Of a stretch of 64,000 nucleotides of DNA, positions 38,155-48,886 are shown in pieces. Under the pieces are notes generated by a model, which ran no database searches, was not told the origin of the DNA, and saw only the letters and a list, made by a program, of their open reading frames with translations. Both the position numbers and the translations under genes were made by a program. Numbering within the stretch: the first letter of the stretch is position 1; each line of letters starts with the position of its first letter. Origin of the DNA: Methanotrichaceae archaeon. Lineage in GTDB: Archaea; Halobacteriota; Methanosarcinia; Methanotrichales; Methanotrichaceae. The stretch is taken from contig CAWDLW010000027.1 in the NCBI GenBank assembly GCA_963803145.1, positions 64,001 to 128,000 of the forward strand, read 5' to 3'.

Positions 38155-39343
38155 CTAGTGCAGCATAACACAAGTTTTTTATCCTAGCAAGTCCTTATGA
38201 TCGCTAATCATGTCGAGGAAAACAATATTCGTCGTAAAATTGACAGATGAGGATCGGGAATATCTGAACCAGTTTATTCGCCATGGAAAGGCATCTGTAA
38301 GAAGCGTGACTCGTGCCAGGACACTGCTCATGGCAGACGAAGGTTACTCCAATAAAGATATCGTAAAGATTCTAAAAATAACCAGACCTACGGTTAACAG
38401 TGCAAGGAAAAGGTACTGCCAGGAAGGTTTGGACTCTGCAATAAACGATAAACCAAGAAGCGGCGCACCTCCAAAGATAGATGGAAGGATTGAGACACAA
38501 GTTACCCTTCTTGCCTGTTCGAAACCACCGGAAGGCAAATCGACCTGGACTCTGAAGCTTTTAGCCGATAGGCTCGTGGAAATGGAGGTAATAGAATCCA
38601 TATCTACCATGACCGTTCAGAGGATCTTAAAAAAAGCGAGACCAAGCCTTGGCAGAAGGTTAGATGGTGTATTGGCGAGATAACAAGCGATTACATCATG
38701 CATATGGAAGATGTGCTGGATCAATATGAGCAACCCTATGATCCTAAGCATCCTTTAATCTGCATGGATGAGATGCCATGCCAATTGATAGACAACGTTT
38801 TAGTTCCTATTCCTCCTAAACCTGGAAAATCACAAAAAGTCGATTTTGAATATCGCCGTAATGGTACATGCTGTGTTTTCATCGCCTTTGATCCACATGC
38901 CCGTTGGAGAACAATATCTGTTGAAGAACACCGGACGAAAATTGATTATGCCCATTTTATGAAAGGGCTTTCCCAGAAATATCCTGAGGCAGAATACCTT
39001 AAAGTTGTCCAGGATAACCTTAACACTCACTCATCTGGTTCATTTTATGAAGCATTCTCGCCTGAGGAGGCGTTCCAGCTTGCCAAGAAGTTTGAGTTCC
39101 ATTTTACTCCAAAGAAGGGTAGCTGGCTTAACATGGCTGAGATTGAGTTCTCGGCTCTTTCAAGGCAATGCTTGAACCGACGAATTGGCGATATCAAAAC
39201 TTTAGCCAAGGAAGCGAAAGCTTGGGAACAGGATCGGAACAGGGCTAAAGTAGCTATTCGATGGAAGTTCACCAAAGCCAATGCAAGAGAGAAGTTCTGT
39301 AGGCATTACCTTAAGATAAAGAATTAATGTTATGATGTACTAG
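38155..39343 (+). mobile_element. IS630-family element, copy B
   Basis: Same length and ends as 3499-4687. One synonymous difference noticed (T4467 vs C39123). Confidence 0.95.
38210..39327 (+). CDS. IS630 transposase (-1 frameshift)
   Basis: Proteins identical to copy A. Confidence 0.9.
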
Positions 39344-39534
39344 TCTTCATCGGCCGCTGATGGGGCCAGAAAAGAAATAACAGCACCAGAAAATCCAAGA
39401 TTATGAGTTTCTTCACGATCAATCCCCTCCTTAGGATCTTCCGGGTATGGGCATGCTTTGGCTTAATTTCCATGAACTTATCTCACTGCTCTATGGTCTT
39501 AGCGAAGTAAGCTTCCGGATCTTTTGATTGCTTT

Positions 39535-40503
39535 TTATACCCCCAGCTTCTTAAGAGCATCTGTAGCTCTCTTCCGGACATCACTATCTTTATCCTTCTG
39601 AGTTTGAGTCAAAGGATCAATGGCTAAGGGAGATCCTATACTTCCTAGAGAATCAGCAGCAGCCATTCGAACATACTTATCATCATCCTTCAAAGCTTGA
39701 ATTAATGGATCAACCGCAGAAGGATCTTTGAGATTTCCGAGAGCAAACGCAGCACTCTGGCGGACAAGACCAGAGTTATCTTTTAGAGCTTTAACCAAGT
39801 GATCTACGGCGCGGGTATCATTGATTTCTCCAAGAGCCTTTGCAGCTTCGTTTCGAACCCAATCATATTTGTCATTTTCAAGAGTATAAATCAATGGCTC
39901 TATAGCCTTACGAGCTTTGATTTTTCCCAGACATTCGGCAGCCCCACTCCTGATCATGCCATCTTTATCATATAAAGCATCTATTAATGGATCTACCGCT
40001 TGCTCTCCCAGATTCACAAGAGACTTTTTGGCATTTATTTGGACATCTACATTATTATCCTTTAGAGCCTGAATTAATGGGGTTATCGTCCTGCTATCAT
40101 TGAGATTTCCCAAGGACTGAGCCGCTGAAGCTCTGATGCTACTATTCTCATCAGTGAGACCCTTAATTAACAAATCAACTTCACTCGACGGAGAATAGTT
40201 TGGAATCTCATTGCTATTGAGGTTGCTGTTCAGGTACTTGCTATTTGTACCTTCTTGCCCTAAATTTTCATTTCCAAGCTCAGGGTTATTATTCACTTCA
40301 CCGATCGGACAGAGTATTTGATTGAAATTCACATAATAAGCACTTCTGCAGACAGGACAGACATAGTTATAGGGATTGGCGACAACTTCCGCCACTTCAG
40401 AAGAGGTTAACTGGAATACGGAACCACATACTGGACACTGCCAGCAGGTCAGTCCCATCGTCTGCCCAAAGGATGTGGTAGACAGCGCAACCATTATTAT
40501 CAC
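39535..40503 (-). CDS. HEAT (PBS-lyase-like) repeat protein with a signal-like N-terminus and a Cys4 zinc ribbon
   Basis: CPVC...CPVC, then VRxxAAxALGxIxDxxAVDPLIxALKD repeats. Confidence 0.85.
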   Translation of the reverse strand: MIIMVALSTTSFGQTMGLTCWQCPVCGSVFQLTSSEVAEVVANPYNYVCPVCRSAYYVNFNQILCPIGEVNNNPELGNENLGQEGTNSKYLNSNLNSNEIPNYSPSSEVDLLIKGLTDENSSIRASAAQSLGNLNDSRTITPLIQALKDNNVDVQINAKKSLVNLGEQAVDPLIDALYDKDGMIRSGAAECLGKIKARKAIEPLIYTLENDKYDWVRNEAAKALGEINDTRAVDHLVKALKDNSGLVRQSAAFALGNLKDPSAVDPLIQALKDDDKYVRMAAADSLGSIGSPLAIDPLTQTQKDKDSDVRKRATDALKKLGV

Positions 40504-40587
40504 AGTGAGAACGAACTTTATACTAATAGTAATACCTCCCAGACATAGTATAATTATTGACCATTAAAAGCTTACGTTGAGAGGAAT

Positions 40588-41145
40588 ATGATAATTAGGT
40601 CGCCTTTTCTAGTTGAATGGAGATGGTATTCTCTAGAGGGCAGTCAATATTACACAGGTTCAGTTGATATCCCAGCTCCAGCAAGTGGAGCTTACTGGGA
40701 CATCTACAATGTCTGGTATTACATCCCTATTGCCAGAAGCGATGCAGCTAATCTGCCAGGCAACTGGCATGTGGATGTCTTCCTCAATGGCAACAAACTT
40801 CTAACAGAGCAATTTTCCATAGGCATTTCAGACGGCACTTCAGCGAGGCTCTCTGTAGAGGTCCCAAAAACCCTGAATGAATGCGAAACGTATGATACTC
40901 AGATTTGCGGCACGTGGACACTTGTTGGCGATAATTTCAATGCAAACTGGGGTACAAACAATAAAGGAACAGTTAAGATACAGCGCTGGGATGCTGGAGG
41001 CGTAGTTCTAACCCGCAACGACGTAAAGGGATTATCTGTACGCTACGATGGCAACATCAGCGGAAATCAGATAGTTAACGGCGTGATCACATGGACTGGC
41101 ACAACAAGTATCTGGAGTGGAACTTGGAGCGCAGAGTGGACATAG
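40588..41145 (+). CDS. Hypothetical beta-rich protein, possibly a 5'-truncated surface protein
   Basis: 185-aa Trp/Gly/Thr-rich ORF with PGNWHVDVFLNG; no signal peptide. Confidence 0.55.
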   Translation: MIIRSPFLVEWRWYSLEGSQYYTGSVDIPAPASGAYWDIYNVWYYIPIARSDAANLPGNWHVDVFLNGNKLLTEQFSIGISDGTSARLSVEVPKTLNECETYDTQICGTWTLVGDNFNANWGTNNKGTVKIQRWDAGGVVLTRNDVKGLSVRYDGNISGNQIVNGVITWTGTTSIWSGTWSAEWT

Positions 41146-41159
41146 CCCACTGATCTGAT

Positions 41160-41400
41160 CAGCATTTTTTGGCTCCTTTGTCCGAGGGAGGAGGCAGAGA
41201 CAAGCGACACCGATATACTTGTGGAGTTCGAGGACCCAACCTACAGGAACTTCATGAGCCTTGCCTTCTTCCTGGAGGACCTAGGCCGGGGGTTTGATCT
41301 TTTGACTCCTGAAGGAAATAGCCATAGATTAGGCCTTTTGTGGAGAAATAGGTGGTCTGGGCTGATTAAGGACCACCCCGTATCCGGGCCACATATGCGG
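41160..41400 (+). pseudogene. Degraded minimal nucleotidyltransferase (MNT antitoxin), possibly with the start of a HEPN toxin
   Basis: FGSFVRG / SDTDILVEFE / FMSLAFFLEDL / GFDLLT split across frames; no start codon for the N-terminus. Confidence 0.65.
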
Positions 41401-41457
41401 GTCGAACTTTGGGCGAAAAAGCTTTTGGTCGCTTCTACGACCTAATTGGAAAGAGAC

Positions 41458-41811
41458 TTAGGGTGGATGGCACAATCCACAAGGCACATAGCCATGTGCA
41501 TGGGCATCCTCAGAGCTTGAGAACCAAATCTCGTTCTCAGGCTTAATTTTACGGGCGGCACTACAGCTTGGATAATGGTATTTATCCGACTTTATAGAGC
41601 CAACGAATACCTTTTCGGAAGCAAGAGTGCCATTAAAAGTGAGAGTGCTGTCTACGGAACCTTGATTGATTTGAAGACTCGGTACTACAGCACTGAGGTT
41701 AACTTGGTGGCTTAATTGACCTCCAACAACTAGACCCATCGATACCAAAACAAGGATTGATATTAAGATCTTCCATCCAGTTTGCGTAATATCCACCTTG
41801 ATTTTAATCAT
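41458..41811 (-). CDS. Membrane-anchored Ada metal-binding-domain protein
   Basis: FVGSIKSDKYHYPSC...FSSSEDAHAHGYVPCGLCHP. Confidence 0.8.
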   Translation of the reverse strand: MIKIKVDITQTGWKILISILVLVSMGLVVGGQLSHQVNLSAVVPSLQINQGSVDSTLTFNGTLASEKVFVGSIKSDKYHYPSCSAARKIKPENEIWFSSSEDAHAHGYVPCGLCHPP

Positions 41812-42183
41812 TAATCATACACGATGAAAAAGCTTTTGGTTAATCAGTGAATCAGCAGCTTACTCATATCATTTTGGCGTTAGCATCACAATCATCGTCC
41901 TCCCAGTCATCACCTACACCGTTCCAATATCCTTCATCTCGTCGGCGGCCGATGCCTCAACAGATCGATATCTGGGCGCAGGTAAGCCATTATTACGTCA
42001 TCTATATCCATTAACTCAACTTAGGTAGGCTACCAGAGAACATGCTTCTAGGAAGCGATAAGATAGAAATGCTCCGTATATCGTCCGTCTGGCGTGAATT
42101 GAGGAAATAATAAAAAGATAGACTGCACAATAACAATAAATGATGAACTCAGAAATTTGAGAATCGAGATGCGAGGCTTTCGA

Positions 42184-42789
42184 ATGGACAAAACAATATA
42201 TCGAGTCGGTTTCTGGCTGGCGCTTATCGCATTTATTGCAGCAATCGGATTCTCTATTGCTCAAATTCTGCAGGTTATAGGTATTACCAAGCCTCCATGG
42301 GATGCAATTCTTATCTATTTATTTTCCCTTTTTATTGCAACGCCATTTATGCTTGTACTACTAGCACTTCATTATGTGACACCGGCCGAGAAGAGGTTTT
42401 GGAGCCATGCGGCGGTTCTCCTTGCCCTAATGTACGCCACATACGTCACTTTGAATTACGTTGTTCAATTGACAGCCGTGATCCCTTATGCCGCCCCGAA
42501 CCCGGTTCTTATACAAACACCCCACTCTCTTTTCTGGACTGTTGATGCATTAGGATACATAGCACTGAGTTTAGCGACTTTATTTGCAATTCCAGTGTTT
42601 ACGAAACAGGGGCTGCAGAAGTGGATCAGATGGTTTTTCCTTGCTAACGGCTTAATTATCCCACTGTTTGCCATAGTATATTTCTATCCGAACTTTTCAA
42701 CGACATTACTGCTTCTTGGTTTGCCATGGCTAGTTACTGCTCCAGGATCGATGTTATTATTGGCACTCTTCTTTAAGAGAGGCCCCTAA
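42184..42789 (+). CDS. Hypothetical 6-TM membrane protein
   Basis: Six hydrophobic helices. Confidence 0.75.
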   Translation: MDKTIYRVGFWLALIAFIAAIGFSIAQILQVIGITKPPWDAILIYLFSLFIATPFMLVLLALHYVTPAEKRFWSHAAVLLALMYATYVTLNYVVQLTAVIPYAAPNPVLIQTPHSLFWTVDALGYIALSLATLFAIPVFTKQGLQKWIRWFFLANGLIIPLFAIVYFYPNFSTTLLLLGLPWLVTAPGSMLLLALFFKRGP

Positions 42790-43121
42790 TAGCTGATGGC
42801 TCGGCATATCTGCTGTGACTGCTCAGCCTGCAGCGGCTTCAGTAGAATAATAGTCGTCCGCTAAACAATCCACGGGCTAAAGCAGCACATATATTTCACC
42901 CTGATATGGATAGGATTCATAGCCTTCAACCCCGGATTGATATCAATTATACTACTCCTGAATGCGGGTTCTCTATATTCCCCCGGGAGTATAGAGATTC
43001 TAGAAGAATAAGGGACATTCTATATATAATCAGGCAAAAATTTATAGAAAAAATTAATTATCCTAGGCGATATACGTTTAATAATAACTTCAAATGTTGT
43101 AACCAAAAAGAGTGTGAAGAT

Positions 43122-43904
43122 ATGCGGTTAAAATTAGTGCACATTGGATTAATGGTGCTAGTCATCGCACTATTGCTTGGAAATCTCGCGGTATGTGTGG
43201 AATCAACAAAGAATCCTCAAGTATGTCGAGGGTCAAAGCCAGACGAATGTAATGGCCATTGTGTTAACCTTCAGAATGATAGGCAAAATTGCGGAAGCTG
43301 TGGAAATGCTTGTAATCACGATGAAGTCTGCCAAAAAGGTGAATGCATTAAAGGTTCCAATAATAACAATAACGGTATCAATGCTAACAACAAAGCAACG
43401 TGCACCGACAATGTGAAGAACGGCAAGGAGACGGATATTGACTGCGGAGGATCGACCTGTTCAGCCTGCGCCGATGGCAAGACCTGTAGCAAGAACACAG
43501 ACTGCTCGAGCCACTTATGTACAAATGGTATCTGCCAGGTATCCTCGGAGCAGCCAGTCACGACGCAAGTAGGCTCCCAGTCGAACAACCAATCAGCAAC
43601 CAATAATACAAAGCTCCTAAAACTAAAGTCGCCCGGTGGCATCAGCGGAGTAGGCGGAATCAAGACGGCTGGGTATTCATGTGATGGGTTGAGTTGTGAC
43701 TGCATAGGTGATGCAGATTGCAATGATATGTTCACTAATGCTGGCTGTGGAGATATTTCATCGTGCAATACAGATGCTAATGGCGTAGTAACATGCTCTT
43801 GTCTTACTGTGGCATTTTCACGAACTAATAATACAACTCTTAAAGGTCCAAAATCTCCTGTTGGACTGATTCCTGTCAAACCAGTAAATATAGCACCTCA
43901 GTGA
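43122..43904 (+). CDS. Secreted multi-module Cys-rich protein (Stig1-like plus ETDxDCGG module)
   Basis: Signal MRLKLVHIGL; CVNLQNDRQNCGSCGNAC; CTDNVKNGKETDIDCGG; a third Cys module near the C-terminus. Confidence 0.8.
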   Translation: MRLKLVHIGLMVLVIALLLGNLAVCVESTKNPQVCRGSKPDECNGHCVNLQNDRQNCGSCGNACNHDEVCQKGECIKGSNNNNNGINANNKATCTDNVKNGKETDIDCGGSTCSACADGKTCSKNTDCSSHLCTNGICQVSSEQPVTTQVGSQSNNQSATNNTKLLKLKSPGGISGVGGIKTAGYSCDGLSCDCIGDADCNDMFTNAGCGDISSCNTDANGVVTCSCLTVAFSRTNNTTLKGPKSPVGLIPVKPVNIAPQ

Positions 43905-44258
43905 CCGACCTAGCCGACCTATAAATTTGTGCTTGATAGCCTTAGGATCACAAATACGAGAGCATTTCATGAGGATACAGATTATGCTAATGCGGGTGTG
44001 GCAATTGATAACGGGATGGTCCCTGGTGCCCTGCAGACAAAGTCCTCCAGTAACTTAAACAATGGCGTACATACAATCGACCTTGAGATTGGGGCCAATA
44101 TATGTAGCTGATGATCCCAACACTCCTGTCACAATTGCCTCCCAGATCGTGAAAAGCGGCAATTCAGACTAAAGTACAATCGTCGATGCTTTGAGTGCTG
44201 GTACTGGTACCCATACCCTCATTGACTCCGCTGTTCCAGGAGCGGGGCCTGAACAAGT

Positions 44259-44512
44259 TTATTCGACAACTGATACCGGCTCCGTCGAGACATCAATCGT
44301 ATGGCCATCTATCGATGGTATGGGTTGGCCCATCCTAAGTCCTAGGACTATCCAACCCTCGATAGCCGAGATAAGCTCCTTACGGCACTCTTCGAAAGTC
44401 TTGCCTGTCACCCACACTCCTGAAAGACCTGGGACATGAGCATAATATGGGCTCAAGATCATCGATTATCTCGTATTTGGCTCGCTCTAAGACAGCCTGA
44501 TTCTGCAACCAT
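44259..44512 (-). pseudogene. hicB: HicB (UPF0150) antitoxin pseudogene
   Basis: MVAE / QAVLERAKYEIIDDLE / PYYAHVPGLSGVWVTGKTFEECRKEL requires two frameshifts; no hicA recognised. Confidence 0.75.
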
Positions 44513-44742
44513 GTCAAATTCCTCGATGTAAATGAAAGGATTTGAACATGCTTGCACGATGCTCGCTGGCAATCCATCTACAAGCACCTCCAACCCACAT
44601 CGGATTCAGTCATTATCACCAATAATCCTCCAGCTGCTGCAGAATACAGAATATTTTGAATAATTCATAAATTTTTATGAAAAAATATATGAGTAGGTTA
44701 GGCTAAAGCCTAGACCTAATTTTTCTCTATAGCTGGCTAATT

Positions 44743-45441
44743 TTATCCTTGGTTGCAATCGCATGTTCCTGTAGCTCCTGTAGCCCCTGTAGCCCCTGTA
44801 GCTCCTGTAGCTCCTGTAGCCCCTGTGGCTCCGGTTTCGCCTTTGTCTCCTTTAAGTCCCTGTAGTCCTTGTGGTCCTGCGGGTCCTGCTACTCCTGCTG
44901 GTCCTTGTGGTCCAGCTGGTCCTTGAGCTCCTGTAGCCCCAGCATCGCCTTGGTCTCCCTTAAGCCCCTGTACTCCTTGTGGTCCCGCGGGTCCTGCTAC
45001 TCCTGCTGGTCCCTGAGGCCCTTGTGCCCCAGTAGCTCCGGTATCACCCTTGTCTCCTTTAAGTCCCTGTAGTCCTTGTGGTCCTTGAGCCCCTGCTGGT
45101 CCTTGCAGTCCTTGAGCTCCTGTAGCCCCAGTATCGCCTTTGTCTCCTTTAAGTCCCTGTAGTCCTTGGAACCCTCGTTCTCCTGTATCACCTTTAGGTC
45201 CAGGCGGTCCTTGAGGTCCTCTCATCAATATATTAAAATTCCCATTAAACCCTGTGAGGTTACCTGTAGCACCGAACGTTAGGTTTTTAACTAATTCATC
45301 AATATTTGTATTAAGATCTACAACAAAAATGACATATTTAACGTCAGTATTATTGATCACCTTTATTGGTTGGCCATCCTGAGCCGTGACTGCTACGGTT
45401 AGGCAGATTATTAGCGCCAACAGCAAACACCAGATTTTCAA
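44743..45441 (-). CDS. Secreted collagen-like protein
   Basis: Signal peptide, short N-domain, about 50 uninterrupted Gly-X-Y triplets, C-terminal TCDCNQG. Confidence 0.9.
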   Translation of the reverse strand: MKIWCLLLALIICLTVAVTAQDGQPIKVINNTDVKYVIFVVDLNTNIDELVKNLTFGATGNLTGFNGNFNILMRGPQGPPGPKGDTGERGFQGLQGLKGDKGDTGATGAQGLQGPAGAQGPQGLQGLKGDKGDTGATGAQGPQGPAGVAGPAGPQGVQGLKGDQGDAGATGAQGPAGPQGPAGVAGPAGPQGLQGLKGDKGETGATGATGATGATGATGATGATGTCDCNQG

Positions 45442-45962
45442 GGTTCTCCCTCCTGCTTATCAGTGAAGTATCTAAAACATGGATATCCCATATTTATACG
45501 TACTGACCCTTCTAATAATTTAATTAAAGATTTAGTTAAAAATAATTTCCATGTTTATCTAAATCTAAAGAGGGCACTTAAAATCTCATATTTTAACCTA
45601 TAATATCACTATGAATTTAAATTTACTCTCATGTAATTCTTTTATTCGGAGAATAATCACAACCAAAGATCAAAGTTACTAGTAATTTATGCTTACCTAG
45701 CGAATAGACATCCTATCAACATCACTTCTACGTAAGCACCATAACCACCGTCTCCCCAGGTGCAACCAATACCGTTCTCAAATCCTTTTTGCTTTCCAAA
45801 GTCGAAGGCCCAATATTCTGACTTATGCACACTTTAATCCAGATCTTTTTTATCATCCTTTGTGACTTTGCGATGAGAGTCAGTATTGTATGACCACAAA
45901 AATACAAAGAAATGTTTCGAAGCACGGCTCTATTTTGCAATGAAAAGGCAAAAGAGTCCGAC

Positions 45963-47201
45963 CTATGCCGTCAGCCTCTCAAACCTCTCCTGCGCCTTCT
46001 CCAGTATCTGCTCCTCGCCTGGAATCACTCCATCTCGCATGAGTATTTTTCCGTTGACGATTGTTGTATCAACGCCTCCCGGCATTGCATAGACGAGGTG
46101 AGAGATCATGTTGGTCTCAGGGCTGAACCAGGGACGTCTCAAGTTTATGAGTGCCAAATCAGCGAGTGCTCCTTCGTATAGGCCGAGGTTCAATCCTAAG
46201 GCCTCATATGCATTTTCCGTCGCCATCTGCCATACTTCCACTGCCTTTATGGCATCCGGCCTGCAGAGTGCGTTCTTATGTACGATGGCTGCAACCTTCA
46301 TCTCCTCGAATATATCGAGATTGTTGTTGCTAGAAGCGCCATCTGTTCCGATGCAGACGTTGGCGCCACTATCCAGGAGCTTTTCCAGCGGCGCTATTCC
46401 TGAGGCCAGCTTGAGGTTGCTCACAGGACAATGGACCACATTTACTCCTCTCTTTGCCAGAAGGGATATGTCTCCATCGGACAGCCAAACACAATGGGCG
46501 GCCATAACCCTAGAGGAGAGCAAACCTAGAGAATCCAAATACTCCACAGGGCTCTTTCCGTGCTTCTTCATAGATTCCTCTACCTCACCTTGCGTCTCTG
46601 AGAGGTGAATATGAAGCATCACATCATTCTTCTCGGCAGTCTCTTTTGCCCACAGTAGAGTATCATCGGAGCAGGTATAGATGGCATGTGGGCCTACCGC
46701 CGGGTGAATAAGATCATCGCCCTTCCACCGCCCTATGAAGTCCTCTGTCTCCTTCTTGAACTCCGGCCTGAAATCGAAAACGACTTGCGAGAGGAAGGCT
46801 CGCAGTCCCATCTCTTTGGTAGCTGTTGCTGTCTCCTCCATGAAGAAGTACATATCGTTGAAGCAAGTGATCCCGAAGCGTATCATCTCCAGACAGCCGA
46901 GCTTCACACCCCAGCGGATATCCTCTCCTGTTAATCGTGCCTCGAGTGGCCATATCTTCTCCGTTAGCCAGGGCATGAGGGGCATATCATCTGCATAGCC
47001 CCTGAAAAGCGTCATGGCCAGATGAGTATGGCTGTTAATAAGTCCTGGGATGGCCAATTTTCCGCGGCCGTCAATGATTTCATCAGAAGATTCCGCTGGC
47101 AGATCGCGGCCGACTTTTTTGATCCTATTCCCCTCGATGAGTATGTCGTAGCCTTTGAGAAACTGGCCTAAGTGTATGAGTGAGACATCTTTGATAAGCA
47201 T
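45963..47201 (-). CDS. mtaD: MTA/SAH/5'-deoxyadenosine deaminase family amidohydrolase
   Basis: PGLINSHTH, GPHAIYTC, HIHLSET, AHCVWL, GTDGASSNNNLD. Confidence 0.9.
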   Translation of the reverse strand: MLIKDVSLIHLGQFLKGYDILIEGNRIKKVGRDLPAESSDEIIDGRGKLAIPGLINSHTHLAMTLFRGYADDMPLMPWLTEKIWPLEARLTGEDIRWGVKLGCLEMIRFGITCFNDMYFFMEETATATKEMGLRAFLSQVVFDFRPEFKKETEDFIGRWKGDDLIHPAVGPHAIYTCSDDTLLWAKETAEKNDVMLHIHLSETQGEVEESMKKHGKSPVEYLDSLGLLSSRVMAAHCVWLSDGDISLLAKRGVNVVHCPVSNLKLASGIAPLEKLLDSGANVCIGTDGASSNNNLDIFEEMKVAAIVHKNALCRPDAIKAVEVWQMATENAYEALGLNLGLYEGALADLALINLRRPWFSPETNMISHLVYAMPGGVDTTIVNGKILMRDGVIPGEEQILEKAQERFERLTA

Positions 47202-47505
47202 AAGCGCTAGAAGGCTGAGCTGAATTTAAATTTTCCTTAGGCTAAGAAATATATCGCCGATCTAAAATTATTGGTTAGAATTATGGCATCTGATCTAAGA
47301 TCGGGCTGAGGTAGCCAAGTAGCATAGAGCATATGCATTTGAGGTCGTATGCAGGTGAATATCATTTTGTTTGACTTCTTAAACTTAAACGGAAAAAGAA
47401 TGCATGAAGCAGGAAGCAAATTGCAGTTTTAAGTTCTTGAAATTAGGTCTACTTTAATTTAAAAAATGATTCCTTCTGAAGGAATCGGGTGAATTTGCTT
47501 TATGT

Positions 47506-48249
47506 TTATGTCGTGTATGTGAAATCCCACCAACCCGACTTAAGGCCAGTGTTGTTTGAAGCATCCACAGCCCAAACTCTCCATCGGCCAGGCTGGGCTC
47601 CAAGGAAGTCAAATGTATAGTTTGTACTGTATATTCCTGGAACGACCTCTGAGACCTGCCCTTCATCATTATACCATTTGCTGTTTACACTATCGAAGGG
47701 GTCGATCTCGACGGTGTAGGATGAAGCCCCTGCTACTGGCATCCACTCTAAAGTCGTAGTTCTGGGGAAGTAATTGAAAACCGAGCCAGAGGCAGGAGAT
47801 ACTTGTATAGGTGCTGTAAGCTGCCCTTGCGGATTTTCTCTTTGAAAGATGTATTGATTGACATAGTTGGCTCTGCTTCCATTATCAGTGAATATATGAT
47901 AGGAGTCTACCATCAAATTCTGTCCAGAAGGCTTTATGATCAATGTGGTGACAGAAAATCCAGAATCGAAAACGGCCATTAATGCTCGCGCAGTGCTCGA
48001 AATATCAGAGGATACATCTGGTGCAAAGACATAAGCATCAACAGTTCCCCAATCACATGGAGTTGGTGTACAGGATCCCCAAGAGTGGACCCTGACTGAG
48101 TTTCCGGATACGGAAATATCCAGAGTAGGTATACCTCTCATATTGGGATCTATATTGGTCCATGTGCCTGCGAATTGGCTTAGGCTTGCACAAGCGTTTA
48201 AGCTCAATAAAATTATACACATTGCTACAATGAACAATATCTTAGTCAT
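47506..48249 (-). CDS. Secreted two-domain hypothetical protein
   Basis: Signal peptide; WGSCTPTPCDWG domain; fibronectin-like C-domain (LEWMPVAGASSYTVEI...WRVWAVD). Confidence 0.75.
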   Translation of the reverse strand: MTKILFIVAMCIILLSLNACASLSQFAGTWTNIDPNMRGIPTLDISVSGNSVRVHSWGSCTPTPCDWGTVDAYVFAPDVSSDISSTARALMAVFDSGFSVTTLIIKPSGQNLMVDSYHIFTDNGSRANYVNQYIFQRENPQGQLTAPIQVSPASGSVFNYFPRTTTLEWMPVAGASSYTVEIDPFDSVNSKWYNDEGQVSEVVPGIYSTNYTFDFLGAQPGRWRVWAVDASNNTGLKSGWWDFTYTT

Positions 48250-48609
48250 TCTACCCCTCCCTGGAAGGTAAATAGGCTGTCAGATATAACTATTTATAAT
48301 CTTTTGTTTAACTTTTATACCTAAAGGACCGCCATTAAATTAAAAGGATGTAAAATTGCATATATCGTGAATGAAAGATCTGCAAAATTACTCTCTTAAA
48401 ACTTGTTCTAAAATAAATGCTATGCAGCCGGCTGCGAGATGCGTATATTGATTAAATTATTGGTCATAATAATGATCATAATCCTATAGATATAAGAACA
48501 AGGTGGCTGCCGGTAAGAGGTCATTAGGGGAATTAATAAGCAAATATTTCCAGGGCCGTCTCAAGAAATACTATAAAATAGGTAGCCAAAGCATATCGAA
48601 TAGAGGTTA

Positions 48610-48817
48610 TATGGTACAGGCAAAAAATGGCCAGAATCGTTGTGACATCCACCTAGGTCTAGAGGTCGATGTTATTCTCAAGAAAGATCAGCGCAGCAAT
48701 AAGAGAACCCGTGGAATAGTTGAGGAAATCCTTACCAACTCCTCATATCATCCTCACGGAATCAAGGTTCGCCTGAAGAGCGGCCAGGTCGGCAGGGTTC
48801 AGGAGATAATTCAATAG
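48610..48817 (+). CDS. YwbE/DUF2196 family protein
   Basis: LKKDQR...TRGIV..ILTNS..HPHGIKVRL..GQVGRV. Confidence 0.85.
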
Positions 48818-48886
48818 CTTCAAGAAAGTCTTAAGCTGCTTAAGCAACCTGCAGCTATTAATATTGCCATTAACATCTCGATCCAT

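Noticed and set aside
3499-39343. Composite transposon bounded by the two IS630 copies
   Set aside because: The secDF frame continues across copy A, so copy A inserted independently into resident DNA. The CTAG flanks are just the target preference.
39344-39430. GGAGG plus GTG signal-peptide-like start (MKKLIILDFLVLLFLF) on the minus strand running into IS630 copy B
   Set aside because: Removing the IS gives a stop within a few codons, so no gene can be reconstructed.
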